The position numbers were made by a program, and so were the translations under genes. Shown piece by piece: positions 26,552-36,292 of a stretch of 64,000 nt of DNA. This stretch comes from a virus. Position 1 is the stretch's first letter. The number at the start of each line of letters is the position of its first letter. The stretch spans positions 1 to 64,000 of IMG/VR virus record IMGVR_UViG_3300047550_003482. The stretch is one strand, 5' to 3'. The notes beneath the pieces were generated by a model. The model worked only from the letters and a program-made list of their open reading frames with translations, was not told where the DNA came from and ran no database searches.

Positions 26552-26932
26552 TTACCTTCTCATTGTTGCGGCATCAATAGCCTGTTGTTGATTGAACACT
26601 GGTTGCAAACAACTTTTGTGAACAATAGTAACACCCAATACATTAGACCCAGTGTATTGGGGTGTTTGCTTGGTGCTCACTGGTCCAGTGATCCAACTGT
26701 TAAGCCTATTGACTTTAACATTTTCACGACCAACTGGTACATTAAATTCTTCGTTTTTCACAGGTTGGATCTTTTTCTGTTTTGTTACAGTAGACATGGA
26801 CTTCCACTTTTGCTGGTTCTTTTCCCAAGAATCAGCTAGCTCCCTAGCTTTTTTTGCTTCGTCAGCATTGCGAAATTTTTGCTTAGTTTTTTTCTTACCA
26901 ATGGTAGAAAAACAAGGATGCATCATTGACAT
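26552..26932 (-). CDS. hypothetical protein (HKS.LQPVF motif)
   Basis: ORF track; TTGACA-17-TAGAAT at 26991-26963. Confidence 0.65.
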   Translation of the reverse strand: MSMMHPCFSTIGKKKTKQKFRNADEAKKARELADSWEKNQQKWKSMSTVTKQKKIQPVKNEEFNVPVGRENVKVNRLNSWITGPVSTKQTPQYTGSNVLGVTIVHKSCLQPVFNQQQAIDAATMRR

Positions 26933-26992
26933 GTTTGAACAGTGTTTGACTGACAGAATTGTATTCTAATATATTCCATAATTTTTGTCAAA

Positions 26993-27307
26993 TTATTTTT
27001 CCAGTATTGCAATGACTTTTTCAGTCGCAACTAATTCTTGTTCTAGCTTTTGATATTGTTCGCCTAACTGTTTTAGATTACTCCATCGAGTTTCTAACTC
27101 ATAATTTCTATGAATAATATTCAAACGCTCTTCTATTTTTTGTAGGCGTCCTTCTAAATCTCTACCATTTAACGTTATCTTATCAGCAGCCAATCCAGCA
27201 GTAGATGTGTTTGATGAGGTGATTGTTTGATTAGTCCAATCAGTCCAATCAATAGTTGTTCCTATGTTTGAAAGTATTTTGTAGTTGTCGTTCATCAAAA
27301 AGCTCAT
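26993..27307 (-). CDS. hypothetical coiled-coil protein
   Basis: ORF track. Confidence 0.6.
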   Translation of the reverse strand: MSFLMNDNYKILSNIGTTIDWTDWTNQTITSSNTSTAGLAADKITLNGRDLEGRLQKIEERLNIIHRNYELETRWSNLKQLGEQYQKLEQELVATEKVIAILEK

Positions 27308-27483
27308 AACTTACGCAAATAAATTGTTCCTGTGTTATCTAAATCAAAATCTATGTTATCACCTTCTTTCCAACCCAATGCATCTAATAATGGCTGTGGA
27401 ATAGGTAATAACAAGTCACCTGTTTCAGGATCTTCTTGTGTGATTACTTCATATGTAGTATTGAGTTTTACATTATCTTTCAT
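27304..27483 (-). CDS. AbrB/MazE/SpoVT-like small DNA-binding protein
   Basis: Hand translation: GDLLLPIPQPLLDALGWKEGD. Confidence 0.65.
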   Translation of the reverse strand: MKDNVKLNTTYEVITQEDPETGDLLLPIPQPLLDALGWKEGDNIDFDLDNTGTIYLRKL

Positions 27484-28155
27484 TTATACCTCATTGATTA
27501 CCTTAGTTTTTTGTTTATGTTTTTCTATAGGCAACCAACCTTGATTCAATAGTATTTGATACTCATCTGATTCAATTCTTACTCTTTTACAGTCGCCTTT
27601 TTTATATTCTTTTTGATTTTTATTTGTAGCGATGGCTCCGGGTTTCCATAGTTCACTCATTCCTTTTATAGCTTTGCCTCCAGCTTTTGCAGCTTCTCCT
27701 GTATAAAAGGGATGAAATCCTGTTGATTTTTGTTTTTTAGCACTAGCTCTTCCTCCTGCAGCATGCCATGCTTTTAATTGTTCAGGCGTTTTAGATTTAA
27801 ATACTGCCACTCCTCCAATTTTTCCCGCATCTGATTGATGTTTGCGAAATTTATTTACATCATATTTTTTCAGTCCATCTAAATAACTCTTGCCACCGTA
27901 AGCCATATTATATGACAAAGGATCATTAACAATTTGGTCATTTACTATTTGTTTTTCTAACTCCCATAGCTCTTCTCTTGAAGACGCTTCAGCTAAAATT
28001 TCTTTAGTAAAAGATTCAATACCATATTTTTTGATTGCATTTAAAATGGCTTTTCCGCTACCCATGTATGAATCATTGATATTTTTAGTAGCATGCCTGC
28101 CTATATAGTACCTTCCGTTTACTTTATTGACAATTTTATATATGATGTATCTCAT
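27484..28155 (-). CDS. GIY-YIG homing endonuclease
   Basis: IIYKI.N..NG.YYIG.H, YMGSG, AI.KYG, YN. Confidence 0.9.
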   Translation of the reverse strand: MRYIIYKIVNKVNGRYYIGRHATKNINDSYMGSGKAILNAIKKYGIESFTKEILAEASSREELWELEKQIVNDQIVNDPLSYNMAYGGKSYLDGLKKYDVNKFRKHQSDAGKIGGVAVFKSKTPEQLKAWHAAGGRASAKKQKSTGFHPFYTGEAAKAGGKAIKGMSELWKPGAIATNKNQKEYKKGDCKRVRIESDEYQILLNQGWLPIEKHKQKTKVINEV

Positions 28156-28158
28156 ATC

Positions 28159-28713
28159 TCACCACATTCTGCAGGACCAGTATCTTGCCTTCCAACGTGG
28201 ACCTGGATTAGCACAATTATGTCTCGCACGGAAACTCTTACGTCTTTTTGGATTGCTTTTCTTGATACGCATATTCTTATCACCAAAATTTACTTTGACA
28301 ACATTTCCCTTTGGACCACGGACGTAAACCTTCGATTTTTTTACATCGCCCGCCATTGGTTTACCAAGCTGTACTTTTCTACCTTGGTATTCTGCTTCAT
28401 CTAAATCATAAGATTCACCTTGGACTTTAGACCCTGCAGAACTAGCATCTGAACTCATACCTAATATCATTTTTTCATCAATTGCTTTTGATTCAACAAT
28501 GATATCATGCACGTTAAGCAATTCAAGTGTGGTTTGATCAGCTTCTAAAATGATACCATCAGTAGTAAAACCAACCACACCTGTCTCAATAACAAAACTT
28601 TCAGATAATTCTATGTCAAAACTATCATTCAAATCAATGTATTGGTTGTCTTCATTGATTTCTTCTAATTTTGCAATAATCTCTTGAATGCTATTCATAT
28701 TTTTCTCCGTCAT
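28159..28713 (-). CDS. hypothetical protein: acidic N-half, basic C-terminal domain (RARHNC...YWSC)
   Basis: ATAAATA upstream; LDE-AEY junction. Confidence 0.7.
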   Translation of the reverse strand: MTEKNMNSIQEIIAKLEEINEDNQYIDLNDSFDIELSESFVIETGVVGFTTDGIILEADQTTLELLNVHDIIVESKAIDEKMILGMSSDASSAGSKVQGESYDLDEAEYQGRKVQLGKPMAGDVKKSKVYVRGPKGNVVKVNFGDKNMRIKKSNPKRRKSFRARHNCANPGPRWKARYWSCRMW

Positions 28714-28719
28714 GTATAG

Positions 28720-29223
28720 TTATTTATTTAACATAAAGATTTTTTGCAATTGTTGAATAGTTTCTTTTGTTTTGCTATCTTTGTGTTTAATAGCTATTCC
28801 GCCTATTTTATTCCATGGAACAATATTTTTATCTAGGTCATCTACTAATACATTTGTTTTTCCATGACGTTTAGCGTACAAATATTTTTCTGATGTGAAA
28901 ACAGCAGTATTACTAGCACCAGGTGCATAACGATCTAGCCATTGCTTTTTACCTAAAATGCTGTAATCATAAAAAGGTCCACGTAATGGAGCACTGCAAA
29001 TAGTGAACTCGATATTATTGTTTTTGCAAAAGTTCAGTATCTCTATTCCACCGGGCAATGGTTCAAGGTTACTAAAAAAATCAAATACATCTTTTCCTGA
29101 ACTGTTGGCTAACCCAGTAACTTTGTCTTCGCGTGTGGTTCCGTTTTTGAGTTGTCGTAGTTTGCCATAGAAGTCACATAATACTCCATCCATGTCAAGA
29201 TATAAATATGGTTTGTTTTTCAT
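28720..29223 (-). CDS. HAD 5'(3')-deoxyribonucleotidase
   Basis: DMDGVLCDF, K..W, LVDD..KN..W. Confidence 0.85.
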   Translation of the reverse strand: MKNKPYLYLDMDGVLCDFYGKLRQLKNGTTREDKVTGLANSSGKDVFDFFSNLEPLPGGIEILNFCKNNNIEFTICSAPLRGPFYDYSILGKKQWLDRYAPGASNTAVFTSEKYLYAKRHGKTNVLVDDLDKNIVPWNKIGGIAIKHKDSKTKETIQQLQKIFMLNK

Positions 29224-29471
29224 TTTGTTACAGGTTTTTTGGGTCGATAGTCTACATTAGGAATAGGCGTATAATCTTTTTCGGTCATTTTAGTAAGTAA
29301 CTCACCAAATTTCAATATGATATAACTTTGTAATTTACTATCAACATCCTCATATAATGACAGAATTAGATGTTGATATAGTTTTATTTTTACCCTTATT
29401 TGTGGTTTAATTGATGGATCTTCCAGTATCTCAGAAAAATCATTGTCTTCTTTTTTGAAATAAAATAGCAT
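29220..29471 (-). CDS. hypothetical protein
   Basis: ORF track, coupled. Confidence 0.55.
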   Translation of the reverse strand: MLFYFKKEDNDFSEILEDPSIKPQIRVKIKLYQHLILSLYEDVDSKLQSYIILKFGELLTKMTEKDYTPIPNVDYRPKKPVTK

Positions 29472-29674
29472 TATTTTGCCTTCAATATAAATTTCACTAA
29501 ATCGTTTTCTTCTTCAAACTTAAACTTATAAAGTCCTGGCATGTATCCTGCATCATCTCTTACTGTATAACCCCACTTGCCCGTGCAATTTTCATTGCAC
29601 CAATAAATTAAGTCTTTTAGTTGTCCAAATGGAATATAAACTTCAGTCTGGTAATTTGTATCTATGAACATCAA
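29471..29674 (-). CDS. hypothetical protein
   Basis: ORF track. Confidence 0.55.
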   Translation of the reverse strand: MMFIDTNYQTEVYIPFGQLKDLIYWCNENCTGKWGYTVRDDAGYMPGLYKFKFEEENDLVKFILKAK

Positions 29675-30137
29675 CCTCGCCTCGACTTAGAAATTTTAAG
29701 CCTTCGTCACTTCTATATTCTTCTTTGTAGAACAGAGTTTTGATTCCCGATTGATAAATGGCTTTAGCACAATCAATACATGGAGCATGTGTGCAAAACA
29801 TAGTTGCACCTTCACTTGACTCGGTGCTTTTTGTTACCTTCATCAAACTATTCATCTCAGCATGTAATACTTCTGGTTTTGTTTTTAGCCTAGAATATTG
29901 TTTATTGTTTTCGTTGTAAGTCCATGCTGCCTTATCAGCAAAAGTTTCACGTTCATCATATGTATGATGAACATCCTCACAATTATTGTCCCAACCAGCT
30001 GGGGTACCATTATACCCTGTACCTATAATTTGATTATTTTTAACGATAACTGCACCAACTTTTAATCTAGTTGCATAGCTGAGATTTGCTGTGATATCAG
30101 CAATTTTCATGTAGTAGTCTATAAACTTTGGTTTCAT
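29643..30137 (-). CDS. dCMP deaminase
   Basis: VGAVIV, GYNG.P.G, HAE, PCIDC. Confidence 0.93.
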   Translation of the reverse strand: MKPKFIDYYMKIADITANLSYATRLKVGAVIVKNNQIIGTGYNGTPAGWDNNCEDVHHTYDERETFADKAAWTYNENNKQYSRLKTKPEVLHAEMNSLMKVTKSTESSEGATMFCTHAPCIDCAKAIYQSGIKTLFYKEEYRSDEGLKFLSRGEVDVHRYKLPD

Positions 30138-30372
30138 TGAACGTAATTTTGTAATATGTATTTCTTGATTTTATCAGTACAATTACGTTCATGATATATC
30201 AAAAGGTCATTAACCTTAAAATTATTGCAAAATTCTACACCAAACCTATATCCAGCAAGTTTAGAGAATATGTAACCTTTACAAAACATTTCAAAATTTT
30301 CTTTATTGATTTTTGTTTTACGTTTTGGTTTTTGTTGTAGTAGATTGCTCTCTACAATGTATGAAATGCCGT

Positions 30373-30870
30373 TTAGTCCCATAATGCAAAATAGTATTTA
30401 GCAAACAAGTCGATACCCTCTTGAATTCTTTCTTGATGCAATTTATGACCTTCAGCATCGTACCAATGTGAGGCAGGATTGTTATCTACAAGTTGAGAGT
30501 AAACACTTTTTTCTGAAGTCCAGTCAAATTCTGGCTCACCATGAAAATATAATTTTTCATAGCCATCATCTAGTATTTGACTAAATGACCAAATCATTTT
30601 GTCTAAAACCTCATCCCAACGTTTTGCCCCTTCATCAAAGGACTGATCGTATGATTCTTTATAGAAATCAAAACTACTTTGAAAGTCGTGGGCTTCTCCT
30701 CCTACATTAGCAAAATCACCTGGAATACCATGCTTGGTATTTTTAAGTTGAATCAACATTGGCAATATGATATGTGCCAATGTATGATCCATACCCCATG
30801 TGTCATACTTATCAATTTGAACGTCAATCTTCTGACCTTTTTTGTAGAACTTAGAAATTTTAGCTTTCAT
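30373..30870 (-). CDS. hypothetical protein
   Basis: ORF track, coupled. Confidence 0.65.
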   Translation of the reverse strand: MKAKISKFYKKGQKIDVQIDKYDTWGMDHTLAHIILPMLIQLKNTKHGIPGDFANVGGEAHDFQSSFDFYKESYDQSFDEGAKRWDEVLDKMIWSFSQILDDGYEKLYFHGEPEFDWTSEKSVYSQLVDNNPASHWYDAEGHKLHQERIQEGIDLFAKYYFALWD

Positions 30871-31184
30871 TTTACTGTGATTTTTTCCTTGTTGTATAGA
30901 ATGATTTCCCCGTTGTGCTTTGTCATCACAAGTTCAATGTTCTTGAATTTGTGTGCATTAGCGATTAATTCGTCTACAGTTTTTCCCTGACAAATGAAAT
31001 CATGCTTTATGTTGTAAAGATATAGGATATCGTCATGTTTTTCTATGTAATAGAGATTTTCTTTTGCAGCAGAGAGATTTTCTTGGTTTTTATTTTCATT
31101 TTGTAAAACTTCATTAGCATGTTTTATACCAATGTAATATCCCCAAGCCAAACAAATAACTGCGGTACTGATCAATTCAATCAT
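30867..31184 (-). CDS. hypothetical membrane-anchored protein
   Basis: N-terminal TM. Confidence 0.55.
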   Translation of the reverse strand: MIELISTAVICLAWGYYIGIKHANEVLQNENKNQENLSAAKENLYYIEKHDDILYLYNIKHDFICQGKTVDELIANAHKFKNIELVMTKHNGEIILYNKEKITVK

Positions 31185-31185
31185 A

Positions 31186-32031
31186 TTACACCTCTACTAG
31201 TTTAGGAAAAAACTCGTTTGCACGTTGCTCATAGCCATAATAACCACGTGGATTGCAGACAATTCTTGTTTCACCTATCATATAGTCAAAACAATCGTGT
31301 GTGTGACCATGGATCCAAAGTTTAATTTGTGGATGATCCAAGATTAATTCACTTAAGTCACTTGCATAACCTCCATTCATGATTGTATCACCTTTGTACT
31401 TATAACCAATACTTAAAGGCGATGGTGAATGATGACCTACAACAACATAGTTTTTTGCTTGGTCAGTTTCAACTGTTTTTTTGATGAATTCAACCGTTTG
31501 TCTGTGTTTTGCAAACGTGGTTGCAGGACTAAGATAATGGTATCCAGTATCTTCGTTTACCACTTGTCTATAATCATTCATCATATTTTTGATCATAGAC
31601 ATCGTAATAGGATCACCTTTGTTTAGATCAGTCCACAATGTCCCGCCTATGAATGTAACATCGTTGATTACTTTTGTTTCGTTATCCAAAAAGTATACGT
31701 TGTTGAATACTTGGCATTCTTCACGTAAGACTTCAAGTGTCCTTTTCCATTTTCCATGGTAGAATTCATGATTACCTGCAATGTAGATAACATGTGGGAA
31801 TTCATTGCTGCAATTAGACAGAAATTCTCTATACATTTTAGCAGCAGATTGACGAGTACCAAGTCCTGAATTATGTAGGATATGTGATTCGATTCTTTCT
31901 TTTGGATGGCGATAGAGGTCCTCGGCGATCATGATATCGCCGGCGAGGACCAATACATCAACGTTGTCGTTGTTTTTGAGTTCTAGATTTCCAAATTCTA
32001 AATGTATATCACTGGCAATATATAATTTCAT
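31186..32031 (-). CDS. calcineurin-like metallophosphoesterase
   Basis: SDIH, LAGD, GNHE, HH.P, HGHTH. Confidence 0.92.
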   Translation of the reverse strand: MKLYIASDIHLEFGNLELKNNDNVDVLVLAGDIMIAEDLYRHPKERIESHILHNSGLGTRQSAAKMYREFLSNCSNEFPHVIYIAGNHEFYHGKWKRTLEVLREECQVFNNVYFLDNETKVINDVTFIGGTLWTDLNKGDPITMSMIKNMMNDYRQVVNEDTGYHYLSPATTFAKHRQTVEFIKKTVETDQAKNYVVVGHHSPSPLSIGYKYKGDTIMNGGYASDLSELILDHPQIKLWIHGHTHDCFDYMIGETRIVCNPRGYYGYEQRANEFFPKLVEV

Positions 32032-32414
32032 TTTAATAGGTATCCTGCATCTGTTAGCTTGGTGATAGCTTTATGTCTTTTTAGACCTTTAGGAACAATA
32101 GTAAAACTACCTTTATCGTAGGTTACCTTGTCATCTAGATCCTTAGCTTCCTTCAATCCAAGGCCAGAGATTTCACGTAGAGTTTTAATCCGAAAAATAC
32201 GGTCTGTTCCGTGACATCCCTTCACAGTAATTGAACCATTATATTCTCCTGTAAGGAGCCGCATGAGAATAAGCCCCTTGATATCAGGATCTAATACACT
32301 GTTGATTTGATCCCACAGGGATAGTGCTTCTTCGCTGCCGTAGGCCTCTTTAATGGTATTCAAGAATTCGATACCCCTTTCTACGATTTGTTCTTTATGT
32401 TCTTCAGGAATCAT
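32028..32414 (-). CDS. protein with ribosomal L7/L12 C-terminal-like domain
   Basis: IKTLREISGLGLKEAKDL. Confidence 0.65.
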   Translation of the reverse strand: MIPEEHKEQIVERGIEFLNTIKEAYGSEEALSLWDQINSVLDPDIKGLILMRLLTGEYNGSITVKGCHGTDRIFRIKTLREISGLGLKEAKDLDDKVTYDKGSFTIVPKGLKRHKAITKLTDAGYLLK

Positions 32415-32794
32415 ACCTTACTCTTTTCTGAAACGTGTTTGCATTGACGCCGAAAACCAAATCCACTGCAAGTGCAACTCCAGCCCTTGCTGCTACGGGT
32501 CACTGTATATTTATTACCCTTAGAACCCTGAACGGTCCAAGTCTTTACATCAGTATTTACCGTTTTGAAACCACCGCTGATAATTTCAATGTCAATGACA
32601 TTGAGCATGTTGATAGTGCGAACGGGCCAATCTTTGTTGCCTGAGATATTGAATTGGCGATCAGTAAGCCAACGATCAGGATTAAGAACCTTGCCTTCGT
32701 ATACCGTGAAATCAGGTTGGGGAGGAATCATACGCGGACCTTGATTGTACCGAGTACGAACACGAACAACACTACCAACTTGAGGAACACGCAT
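32411..32794 (-). CDS. SWIM zinc-finger protein
   Basis: CTC.GF..RR.CKH. Confidence 0.8.
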   Translation of the reverse strand: MRVPQVGSVVRVRTRYNQGPRMIPPQPDFTVYEGKVLNPDRWLTDRQFNISGNKDWPVRTINMLNVIDIEIISGGFKTVNTDVKTWTVQGSKGNKYTVTRSSKGWSCTCSGFGFRRQCKHVSEKSKV

Positions 32795-32809
32795 TTGATT
32801 TTTCCCTAA

Positions 32810-33064
32810 TCAAGCACAGAAACGGTCATAGCTACGGATAGGACTACGCCCATCAGTATGCTTTTCAACATGTTCAACCCAGATGCCCTTAGCACTGAGT
32901 GCAGTGGTCAACGTGGGAAGATCACAATCTTCCTCAAGATACACGGTAGAACCCTTTTGATAACTGTAGGCGGTGATCTTGTCAGCAATGCCCAGATCGT
33001 ACAGAACGTGCCGCTTGACCGCACCCCAGCCATGGCCAGAATCAGAGTATAACTTGATCTTCAT
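32810..33064 (-). CDS. hypothetical early protein
   Basis: GGAG SD, own promoter. Confidence 0.65.
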   Translation of the reverse strand: MKIKLYSDSGHGWGAVKRHVLYDLGIADKITAYSYQKGSTVYLEEDCDLPTLTTALSAKGIWVEHVEKHTDGRSPIRSYDRFCA

Positions 33065-33094
33065 TGATTGCTCCTTGCTGCTCACTAGAAATAC

Positions 33095-33123
33095 AGTATA
33101 ACTGATTTGGGATTATTTGTCAA
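33095..33123 (-). promoter_or_regulatory. repeated early promoter module
   Basis: TTGACA-17-TATACT followed by GTATTTCTAG. Confidence 0.85.
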
Positions 33124-33131
33124 ATTTCGGG

Positions 33132-33311
33132 TTATTTCGGCACTCGGATTTGAACGCATTGAGTGCGAATGTCGCTGGTGGGTCTGAGTCCTTCAGCCGC
33201 TTTTTGCAGGCGTTGGCAGGATTCCTGGTCTGCCATGGGCGGGCTATAGACAACTTGGTTGCCGTTAGCTCCACCCACCGTAATCAAAACCCAAACAAGA
33301 ATAGTGTTCAT
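33132..33311 (-). CDS. small exported protein, 59 aa
   Basis: Hand translation MNTILVWVLITVGG...; promoter 33342-33370. Confidence 0.6.
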   Translation of the reverse strand: MNTILVWVLITVGGANGNQVVYSPPMADQESCQRLQKAAEGLRPTSDIRTQCVQIRVPK

Positions 33312-33378
33312 TGTGAACTCCTTGCTATCTACTATGAATACAGTATATCAGGATGGCGATTTATTGTCAAATTTGGAT

Positions 33379-33597
33379 TTATTCCAAATATTGAACAAAA
33401 AGGCCCTTAGATTCAATCTTACGATTCAGCCGAATGATTTTGCCCATGACGCTACGCATAACAGCACTGTCAGGCTGATTATGAGCCCTCAGAGTCCTTG
33501 CAGCAGCGACCAAACCTTCCTTACGCTTGAACAACTTGAGTTCTTCCTCATTACGAACGATAGCCCGCTTGCCGTACAGAACAGTTTCAATCGTCAT
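33379..33597 (-). CDS. hypothetical early protein
   Basis: Promoter 33627-33655, GGAG SD. Confidence 0.65.
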   Translation of the reverse strand: MTIETVLYGKRAIVRNEEELKLFKRKEGLVAAARTLRAHNQPDSAVMRSVMGKIIRLNRKIESKGLFVQYLE

Positions 33598-33656
33598 TTC
33601 GTACTCCGTTCAACTACTGAAGCTAAAGTATAACTGATTTGGGGTTATTTGTCAAA

Positions 33657-33857
33657 TCAGTCCTTACGATATACACTGGGCCTAAACAGGATACCAGTCA
33701 GCCACAACAGTCCCCAAGCCTGAAACCAGGTGATTTCCTTGAGTCCGAAAATCGTAGGCATCAGCCAATCCCACAGCAACATGACGGGCAAACTCATCAA
33801 TGCTGCAATCAGGAAAAGTGCAACAAAAACTTCAACCAAAGTATTAAAAGCCTTCAT
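33657..33857 (-). CDS. small membrane protein
   Basis: Two TMs, LW.WL.P.IFGL..I...QAWG. Confidence 0.65.
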   Translation of the reverse strand: MKAFNTLVEVFVALFLIAALMSLPVMLLWDWLMPTIFGLKEITWFQAWGLLWLTGILFRPSVYRKD

Positions 33858-33868
33858 TTTAATCTCCT

Positions 33869-34072
33869 TTACTTGGACAAGATTTCAAGAGTCAGACTAT
33901 GCAGATAGTCCATTTCTTCATTAGTCACATAGAAGTCAGTCAGAGGATCCCAATATTGCCCACCCTTGGGATCGTAGTAAAGAACACGACCGTTAGCGTA
34001 GAAGAACGGGCCTTCCAAACCCTTACGGGGCTGCCAACGAGCATCACGTTCACGCAAAATACGATAGCCCAT
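33869..34072 (-). CDS. hypothetical protein (GLEGPF..G.VLYYDP)
   Basis: Promoter 34102-34130. Confidence 0.65.
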   Translation of the reverse strand: MGYRILRERDARWQPRKGLEGPFFYANGRVLYYDPKGGQYWDPLTDFYVTNEEMDYLHSLTLEILSK

Positions 34073-34109
34073 TTGTTTTCCTCTTTAACGACGACAATGA
34101 TAGTATAGT

Positions 34110-34406
34110 TTATTTGGAATTATTTGTCAAATTTTTCCTCATAGATTCAATTATCTCTGCCGCCTCTTCCAATAAATCTGCAATACGATCTGGACGACCT
34201 TCCTGTACACTTTTTCTGTCTTTGATTGACCTGCGAATTTCTGCACGTTTTTTCAATCTATACACAATATCATTTGTGTCTTCCGTTTTGGTAGCGGGAC
34301 ATTCATCATCTTTTGTATTAATAAACAACACAGCATTACATGCAGAACAATACGTAAGATCAGGCATACCAAATGCTGATTCATCGTTTACCCACTGATG
34401 TTTCAT
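34110..34406 (-). CDS. hypothetical protein
   Basis: ORF track. Confidence 0.6.
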   Translation of the reverse strand: MKHQWVNDESAFGMPDLTYCSACNAVLFINTKDDECPATKTEDTNDIVYRLKKRAEIRRSIKDRKSVQEGRPDRIADLLEEAAEIIESMRKNLTNNSK

Positions 34407-34843
34407 AGTTCACACTCCAATTCATTAATTCGTTCAAACGCAACCACTGCTGGTAGCAATAGAATTGCTGCTGGGTCTTCACTAAGTATAGACCAAACAC
34501 GTAGATGATCACTGGGCATTTCTAGGTATTTACTGGCGTCATCATATGCGATTAGGGCTGCTGCCGCACCCATAGCCGCACCCATAGCCGCATTCCAAGC
34601 CGTATCCCGAGCCGCATGCAAAGTCACACTCAAAGCCGCATCCCACGCCGCAAGCCAAGCCGCACTCCAAGCCGCATCCCGAGCCGCACTCCAAGCCGCA
34701 CTCCAAGCCGCACTCCAAGCCGCATCCCGAGCCGCATGCCGAGCCACACCCCAAAACGCATCCCAAATTTCAGGATGTGACTTTACTGACTCAAGTACCC
34801 GATCAATATGATGGGCATTAGGTAAGTAGCTCCATGCGTTCAT
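34403..34843 (-). CDS. AAW/AAR tetrapeptide-repeat protein, copy 1
   Basis: 12-nt repeats encode AAWS/AARD; start set at MNAWS by alignment with copy 2. Confidence 0.75.
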   Translation of the reverse strand: MNAWSYLPNAHHIDRVLESVKSHPEIWDAFWGVARHAARDAAWSAAWSAAWSAARDAAWSAAWLAAWDAALSVTLHAARDTAWNAAMGAAMGAAAALIAYDDASKYLEMPSDHLRVWSILSEDPAAILLLPAVVAFERINELECEL

Positions 34844-35247
34844 ACACACTCCAATTCATTAATTCGTTCAAACGCAACCACTGCTGGTAGCAATAGAATT
34901 GCTGCTGGGTCTTCACTGAGAATTGCCCAGATACGTAGATGATCACTGGGCATTTCTAGGTATTTACTGGCGTCATCATATGCGATTAGGGCTGCTGCCG
35001 CACCCATAGCCGCACCCATAGCCGCATGCCGAGCCGCACTCCAAGCCGCATCCCGAGCCGCATCCCGAGCCGCATGCCGAGCCGCACTCCAAGCCGCATC
35101 CCGAGCCGCACTCCAAGCCGCACTCCAAGCCGCATTCCAAGCCGCACTCCAAGCCGCATTCCAAGCCGCATCCCAAATTTCAGGATGTGATTTCAATGAC
35201 TCAAGTACCCGATCAATGTGATGGGCATTAGGCAAATGACTCCATGC
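34411..35247. repeat. tandem gene duplication with internal 12-nt repeats (CCAAGCCGCACT type)
   Basis: Direct repeat units begin near 34411 and 34845. Confidence 0.9.
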
Positions 35248-35253
35248 ACTCAT
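34840..35253 (-). CDS. AAW/AAR tetrapeptide-repeat protein, copy 2
   Basis: Near-identical flanks to copy 1. Confidence 0.75.
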   Translation of the reverse strand: MSAWSHLPNAHHIDRVLESLKSHPEIWDAAWNAAWSAAWNAAWSAAWSAARDAAWSAARHAARDAARDAAWSAARHAAMGAAMGAAAALIAYDDASKYLEMPSDHLRIWAILSEDPAAILLLPAVVAFERINELECV

Positions 35254-36167
35254 ACAGCATTCTCCATGTAGTTCCTAACCCACTCCAACCGTTGTTGTTC
35301 GGTCATCGCGGTATATTCTACAATGTTTTCACGAATATGGTCGATCAACCCATGATATTCTTCATCAATGTTACGCTTGACATCGTTCTTCAGGTCTACC
35401 AACTTATCGGTACGCGGATTACGAGCCACCCACTTGTTTACCAAGTAATACGGGCTCTTGATCTTGGTAGATACTCCATCATCCGTGTAAATTACATAAC
35501 CTTCGTGACGGCACTCCTTTACCATTTCCTGAACACGGCCCATGTTGGTTACCGTACATTCAGGCGTATAGCAACCCAATTCTTGCGCCAATTCACGCAA
35601 GATAAAGCTATCATGCTGTACCCGTGAACCCCACACATTTTCACGATAACCCAACAAATACATGCCTTCTTTCTCAGGAACAATGTGCGGATCGTCAACA
35701 TGACAACATTCAAACATGAAGGTCATGCCACGCAAATCACTACGGCTGAACACCAAACACCAGTCCTGATAGTTATACTTTTGACGGATCAATTGCTTGA
35801 CCATTTCAACGTATTCGCTATCCAATGAACCAGTAGTGCTGATCAACAGATCACCATTGTACCAAGTAACGGATGCCATAAAGCCATTGACTTTACGGAA
35901 AGCAGTTACCTTGGTATCAAAGCCAATTTTAGGAGCACGGCTTTCAATACCGAAGTTATAGATTTTTTGAAATGGATATGCTACGATATTAAATTCGTCA
36001 GTAATGACCGCACCACGACAATGCTCTAAATATTCGTTCCATGTGTTGTTAAAAAATACAGTTTTTTTGTACTTTAATACGGAAAGTTCTGGATAGATAG
36101 TTGATTTCTTCATTGAAACCAATTTAGGATTATTCAAAACATACTGTTTCAATTTTTCTTGGAACAT
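35250..36167 (-). CDS. RNA ligase (T4 Rnl1-like)
   Basis: CRG, PF.K..N, KVNG motif I, T.GS, FE, EGYV, KIKS. Confidence 0.8.
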   Translation of the reverse strand: MFQEKLKQYVLNNPKLVSMKKSTIYPELSVLKYKKTVFFNNTWNEYLEHCRGAVITDEFNIVAYPFQKIYNFGIESRAPKIGFDTKVTAFRKVNGFMASVTWYNGDLLISTTGSLDSEYVEMVKQLIRQKYNYQDWCLVFSRSDLRGMTFMFECCHVDDPHIVPEKEGMYLLGYRENVWGSRVQHDSFILRELAQELGCYTPECTVTNMGRVQEMVKECRHEGYVIYTDDGVSTKIKSPYYLVNKWVARNPRTDKLVDLKNDVKRNIDEEYHGLIDHIRENIVEYTAMTEQQRLEWVRNYMENAV

Positions 36168-36292
36168 ATTGAACTTTCATTGTTTCGTGTATAAATATAC
36201 TGTAACACAAAATATATTTTGTGTCAACAAAAATGTCCTTCGCGGTACTGGTAATACCCAAGGACTCTAACAGTTGAAAAGGAACTATCAGC

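Noticed and set aside
34560-35175. Possible CRISPR array or DGR template/variable repeat pair
   Set aside because: The repeats are contiguous 12-mers without spacers and lie in coding sequence; no cas or reverse transcriptase gene is visible in the window.
34542-35176. Cys/Gly-rich ORFs (GCGLEC repeats) and the MRLG-repeat ORF
   Set aside because: These are alternative frames of the 12-nt repeat; the AAW frame has proper starts, coupling and conserved flanks.
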